DNA of 64,000 nucleotides from Planctomycetota bacterium (GTDB lineage Bacteria; Planctomycetota; B15-G4), in contig CBDFJQ010000002.1 in NCBI GenBank assembly GCA_965248575.1, forward strand, positions 4,544,001-4,608,000. Direction: 5' to 3'. Numbering within the stretch: the first letter of the stretch is position 1; the number at the start of each line of letters is the position of its first letter. Of the stretch, positions 59,605 to 64,000 are shown one piece after another. A program made the translations under genes and the position numbers. The notes beneath the pieces are model-generated. The model saw only the letters and a program-made list of their open reading frames with translations, ran no database searches and was not told the origin of the DNA.

Positions 59605-61004
59605 CGTCCTGGGTCCGCGGCGGGTTCGGGAGCTGGTTGCACCCCGTCACCGTGCGTCACGACCTGCTCGGTGAAGGTGATGCCCGCCTTCGCGAGTTCC
59701 CGCAGCACCGGCTGGTAAATCGACGGGTGGGTCGGGATCCGGCTCCCGGTGAGTGGGATGCCACCCTCCAAGAGCAGCTTGACGGCGACGGCCGTGGGCA
59801 GGCCCACCGTGCGTGCCATGGCCGTGAAGCCGTCCGGCTCGCCGCGCTCGACCATGGTGGACGTGATCGTCTCGCTCGGTCGGTCCTGGTCGGGGTAGTC
59901 CACCTCCAGCTCGTGGACGAGCACGACCATGTCCCGCTGCCCTGGCTCCAGGGGCAGCTTCCGGGACATCAGGTCGACGAGCATCGCAGCCGCGGTCTCG
60001 CCGGGGCAGCCCGTCGGGTCCTCGGAGAGCAGGCCCAGCCAGCGCAGGTTCTCCATGATGCTGCCGGTGGGGCTGATCTGCAGGAAGTTCGCGATGCGTT
60101 GCTCTAGCGGTGCCTCGGTGTGCGTGAGCGGCAGGTGCATCTCCACCACCTCGGCGTACGTGCGGTGCGCGAGGTCCGGAATACGCAGGGTCTCGTTGGG
60201 CAGGCCCAGGCGCACGATCTGCGCCCAGGTCTCGCACCACCCGGGGTAGCGCAGCGTGCCGCGGATCATGGTTCGCACATCGTCCAGGCCGAAGGCCTGC
60301 ATGTACGAGAGGGAGTCGCGGTTGGGGTACGCCTCCAAGACGCCGATGCCCGGCACGTCCACGGCCCAGGTGTGATGGAAGACGTGGTGGTAGGGCACGA
60401 TCTTGATCTTGCCGTCCTGCATGTACTGGGCGCCGTGTTCGGCGGACATGACGACGTTGCGCGGGTTCCAGCTTACGACGTAGCGAAGTGGGTTGAGCGT
60501 GCCCTCAGGGGCCGGGATGCCGCTGCCGTACGAGCGGAAGGAGTGGACGCGCCCACCCTCGTCGTGGACGCGGCGCAGAATCTGCATGGCGGACATGTGG
60601 TCGATGCCCGGGTCCAGCCCGAGGTCCGTCAACAGCAGCACGCCCTTGCGCTGTGCATCGGGAGAGAGGTCGCGCACGGCCTCGTCGTCGTAGCTTACGG
60701 AGAGCATGTGCCGGCCGTGGGACACGCAGTCCCAGGCCACAAGGCCCTGGAACACGGGAGAGAGCATGTTGACGACCACATCGGACTGCTCGATGGCGGC
60801 CGAACGCAGGTTGGCGTCGTTGATGTCGAAGGAAATGGCGGTGCCGCGGTCGTGCCCGTCGACGCAGCGGCGCGCGTTTTCGATGTCGATGTCTCCCACC
60901 GTCACGAACCAGTCGTGCTCGGAGGCCAGCTTGAGCAGGTGTGCGATGAGGTAGGGCGAGCTCTTGCCCGCCCCGAGCACGAGGACTTGCTTCACGACTT
61001 GCAT
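59601..61004 (-). CDS. Saccharopine dehydrogenase (Lys9/SDH, glutamate-forming type)
   Basis: VLVLGAG, LGLDPGIDHMSAM, SWNPRNVV, EAYPNRDS, RGTLRYPGW, AMARTVGLP; ATGA overlap with the ceo-like gene. Confidence 0.9.
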   Translation of the reverse strand: MQVVKQVLVLGAGKSSPYLIAHLLKLASEHDWFVTVGDIDIENARRCVDGHDRGTAISFDINDANLRSAAIEQSDVVVNMLSPVFQGLVAWDCVSHGRHMLSVSYDDEAVRDLSPDAQRKGVLLLTDLGLDPGIDHMSAMQILRRVHDEGGRVHSFRSYGSGIPAPEGTLNPLRYVVSWNPRNVVMSAEHGAQYMQDGKIKIVPYHHVFHHTWAVDVPGIGVLEAYPNRDSLSYMQAFGLDDVRTMIRGTLRYPGWCETWAQIVRLGLPNETLRIPDLAHRTYAEVVEMHLPLTHTEAPLEQRIANFLQISPTGSIMENLRWLGLLSEDPTGCPGETAAAMLVDLMSRKLPLEPGQRDMVVLVHELEVDYPDQDRPSETITSTMVERGEPDGFTAMARTVGLPTAVAVKLLLEGGIPLTGSRIPTHPSIYQPVLRELAKAGITFTEQVVTHGDGVQPAPEPAADPGR

Positions 61005-61167
61005 CCAGAAGGGGAGGCGGCAGGAGGCCGGTCGACGAAGCCGCCGACGAGCCTGACCGGGCGGGCATCATAGGCCTGCGGGACCCCGGTCGGGGAGTTC
61101 CCCGGGAAGATTGGTCGGCTCTGGTTCGATGGACGGGCCGGGCGCTCGGGCGGGTACAGTGCCGGCG

Positions 61168-62598
61168 ATGTCCCACGTCCGCCAGGCCGATGCGTCCCCG
61201 GGGGAGCGACGCCAGCTCGTCCGAGCTCTGACGCTGGTCCCTGCCGCGTCCGTAATCCTGGCGAACGTGATCGGGACCGGCGTGTTCGTGAAGGCACGCG
61301 TGATGACGTGCAACGTCGGGACGCCGGGCATGGTGCTGGCCGTCTGGGTCGTAGCGGGCCTGCTGTCACTCGCCGGCGCGCTCATCTACGCGGAGCTGTG
61401 CACGATGATGCCACGCTCCGGGGGCGAGTTTCACTTCCTCGGCGCCGCCTATGGACGTCGCTGGGCGTTCCTCTATGGCTGGACGAAGACCGTGGCCCAA
61501 GGTGCTTCGGTGGCGGCTGTGGCCATCGTCTTCGTCGTGTTCCTCAACGACCTTGTGGGCGGATCGTTGCCCGCATACGCAGTGCGCTGGCTGCCGGTCG
61601 TCGTGATCGCAGTGGTCACGGGGCTCAACCTGGCGAGCATGCGCTGGAGTGGCCACCTGGCGACGGTGCTGACGGCCGTCAAGGTGCTGCTCGTGCTGTG
61701 CGTGGCGGTAGGAGGCTTCCTGCTCGCCGATGGATCGTGGGAACACTTTGGCCAGAGCGGCGCACTGGGTGGCTGCGCAGGCGTCCCCGAGAGCGCGCGC
61801 CTCGGGCTGAGCGGCTTCGGCGCGGCCATGCTCGGCGCGCTCTGGAGCTACAACGGCTCCAACGTCATCGCGGCCGTGGGCGGTGAGGTCCACGACCCCG
61901 CGCGCACGCTCCCGCGGGCGCTGGTGGGCGGCAGCCTGCTCGTCATGGCGCTCTACCTGCTGCTGAACACGGCCTTCTTCTACGTGCTCTCTCCGACCGA
62001 GGTGGCGAGCGTCCCCGAGTCGTCGTCCGTGGCCCAGGAGGCAGCCTCTCGGTTCCTCGGGAGCGCGGCGACCGCGGTGATGGCTGCGGGCCTCATGGTT
62101 TCCGCCTACGGCACGCTGCACACCACGATGCTGACGGGGCCGCGGGTTCCCTATGCCCTGGCGCGGGCTGGCCTCCTGCCGAAGATCGTGGGGCGTCTCT
62201 CGGTGCATGCCGTGCCGGCCGTCGCCATCCTCGGCATCGGGCTGTGGTCCATCGTGCTGACCTTGTCGGGCACCTTCGACATCCTCACGGACATCTACGT
62301 CTTCGTGCTCTGGGTCTTCTACGGCATGACGGGCGCGGCCTTGTTCGTTCTGCGGCGAAAGTTCCCCGACGCCGAGCGGCCGTACCGCGTCTGGGGTTAC
62401 CCGATCGTGCCGGCGCTGTTCCTGCTCGTCACGGCTTTCCTACTGGTGAACACGCTCGTCGCGACGCCGGGGCGTGCGCTGGCGGGGCTCGGTCTGATCG
62501 CCGTCGGGCTCCCGGTCTACGCGTACTTCTCGCGCCGGGCTGGCGCGTTGGAGACGCCGTCCTGGCTCGGTGGGGAGGGGTCGGAGGCGGGAAGGTGA
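61168..62598 (+). CDS. APC-family (LAT-like) amino acid permease
   Basis: NVIGTGVF, GALIYAELCTMMPRSGG, ALWSYNG, GEVHDPARTLP, RPYRVWGYP. Confidence 0.92.
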   Translation: MSHVRQADASPGERRQLVRALTLVPAASVILANVIGTGVFVKARVMTCNVGTPGMVLAVWVVAGLLSLAGALIYAELCTMMPRSGGEFHFLGAAYGRRWAFLYGWTKTVAQGASVAAVAIVFVVFLNDLVGGSLPAYAVRWLPVVVIAVVTGLNLASMRWSGHLATVLTAVKVLLVLCVAVGGFLLADGSWEHFGQSGALGGCAGVPESARLGLSGFGAAMLGALWSYNGSNVIAAVGGEVHDPARTLPRALVGGSLLVMALYLLLNTAFFYVLSPTEVASVPESSSVAQEAASRFLGSAATAVMAAGLMVSAYGTLHTTMLTGPRVPYALARAGLLPKIVGRLSVHAVPAVAILGIGLWSIVLTLSGTFDILTDIYVFVLWVFYGMTGAALFVLRRKFPDAERPYRVWGYPIVPALFLLVTAFLLVNTLVATPGRALAGLGLIAVGLPVYAYFSRRAGALETPSWLGGEGSEAGR

Positions 62599-62707
62599 GT
62601 CGCAGTGGGGACAGCTGGGGTTCAGGGCAAGGAGCGCCGATTTGACTCGCCAACCCTTTGACTCGTATTCTGATGCTGGAGTCAGTTGATAGACGAGGAG
62701 ATCCGCC

Positions 62708-64000
62708 ATGAGACTGCAGACCGTGTGCCTCGTACTGGTCGCCAGCGCTCTTTCGCTGGGGGGGTGCATCACGAAGAAGGCGCTCAAGGAACGGTTTCCC
62801 GATCCCTGGCCGACGATCAGCAGTCTCGAGTTCGACTGTTGTGGCGATCACGAACAAGCACGAGTGACCATCACGGGCAGGCATCTCGACGCCCATGTCA
62901 CAAGGGTCTTGTTCTCCTACCCTCCGTGGGAGGCGCTGATTGAGCCGGCGGACATTCTCTTTGACTCATCCGAAGTCGAACCCGACATGGGCACGCTGTC
63001 GTTCCGAGCGCCGGCCACGCCTGGAATGACGGAGTTGCTCGCAAACGTCTCCGTCGAGGTCTCCTACTTCGACCGGTGGCATACCATCGGCAACCTGCCG
63101 TTCGAGTTCGTCAGACACCCCGATCTCACTTCCATCGAGCCACCGTCCGGACCGGCTGCCGGCGGTACGGAGGTCACCATCACCGGGGAGGATTTCTCCG
63201 GGAGCTCTGCCAACCTCGGCTTCAATGAGTTCAACTGGTCGCCGATCAGGATCACCTTCATGAGCGAGACGCTGATCCGAGGTGTGACCACGGCGCACCC
63301 AGCGGGTCATGTTCCACTGATCGTGATCAATGATCCGGACGAATGCCCCGCAAGCGACAGGCTGTCCCAGGCTTTCGAGTACACCGGGGAGCTGCCAGAC
63401 AAGGGATTCGCCCTCTCGGTCGGAGGTTCGCTGCAGTACGTCGCGATCGGCGACGTCGTCGATGACCCAGGAGGCCAGAACGACGTCGTCGTCGTTGGCG
63501 ATGGCGACTCGACGGCCTACCTCATGGTCTTGCGCGGCGACGGCTTGGCGCCGGTGTCGTTCGTCGACCTGGGCGAAGTGACTCCGCGCGGCGTGACGCT
63601 CGCCGATTTCGATGGCGACGGCCACCTGGATGCCGCAGTCCCTCTCGAAGTCGATGCCGAGGGCCCTCTCGATGACAGCACCGGGCAGGTCGCAATCCTG
63701 GCCAACACGGGATCCGCGGACGTGTTCTCTCTCGCGGCTCATGTCCCAGTCGGAAGCCAGCCTTTCGGCATCACTCACGCCGACTTCGATGGGGACGGCG
63801 ACGAGGATCTTGCGACACCGAATCGGAGTGGGACCGTGTCGGTGCTCCTGGGCAACGGCGACGGCAGCTTCGCTGCATCGTGGGACTCGGTCATCACGGG
63901 CAGATCAGGCGCGACAGATCTGGTCTCCATCGCCACCATTGATTACGACCGCTCGGGGCAGGCGGATCTGGTCGTCGCCAGCCGTGATACGGATGAGGTC
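62708..64000 (+). CDS. Lipoprotein with IPT/TIG domain and FG-GAP repeats, runs off the window end (absent from the ORF track)
   Basis: GAGGAG + ATG at 62708; LGGC lipobox; SIEPPSGPAAGGTEVTITG; ADFDGDGHLD and ADFDGDGDED; frame open to 64000. Confidence 0.88.
   Translation, partial: MRLQTVCLVLVASALSLGGCITKKALKERFPDPWPTISSLEFDCCGDHEQARVTITGRHLDAHVTRVLFSYPPWEALIEPADILFDSSEVEPDMGTLSFRAPATPGMTELLANVSVEVSYFDRWHTIGNLPFEFVRHPDLTSIEPPSGPAAGGTEVTITGEDFSGSSANLGFNEFNWSPIRITFMSETLIRGVTTAHPAGHVPLIVINDPDECPASDRLSQAFEYTGELPDKGFALSVGGSLQYVAIGDVVDDPGGQNDVVVVGDGDSTAYLMVLRGDGLAPVSFVDLGEVTPRGVTLADFDGDGHLDAAVPLEVDAEGPLDDSTGQVAILANTGSADVFSLAAHVPVGSQPFGITHADFDGDGDEDLATPNRSGTVSVLLGNGDGSFAASWDSVITGRSGATDLVSIATIDYDRSGQADLVVASRDTDEV

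Noticed and set aside
62966..63778. 270-aa minus-strand ORF
   Set aside because: Shadow of the plus-strand IPT/FG-GAP lipoprotein gene starting at 62708

Overview
High-GC bacterial chromosomal DNA, most consistent with a planctomycete. The inference rests on a TIGR02999-type ECF sigma/Ser-Thr kinase pair, many secreted FG-GAP and beta-propeller proteins, and sulfatase-like genes; it is not proven. The window holds about 40 coding regions, mostly envelope or secreted proteins: FG-GAP, NHL, BNR and GloVer propellers, three GT-C-type membrane glycosyltransferase-like genes, two Thr-type sulfatase-like genes and an SGNH+MBOAT O-acylation pair. Metabolic genes include gdhA, rlmI, tandem ppk2 with a Na/Pi symporter and USP, and a carboxyethyl-ornithine synthase/saccharopine dehydrogenase operon. 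Several genes are decayed. I saw no rRNA, tRNA, CRISPR array or transposase. Most notable: (1) a 307-aa, 50%-Ala protein whose only two Cys are symmetric about a central GLDP turn, suggesting a giant helical hairpin; (2) a shared ~120-aa C-terminal domain ending (L/A)SN(G/A) on three secreted proteins and one remnant, a candidate sorting or anchoring signal; (3) a coupled ceo-like + saccharopine-dehydrogenase operon facing an amino-acid permease, a possible opine-mediated catabolic route; (4) a ~28-bp intergenic motif repeated three times. All family assignments come from motif recognition by eye, with no database searches.
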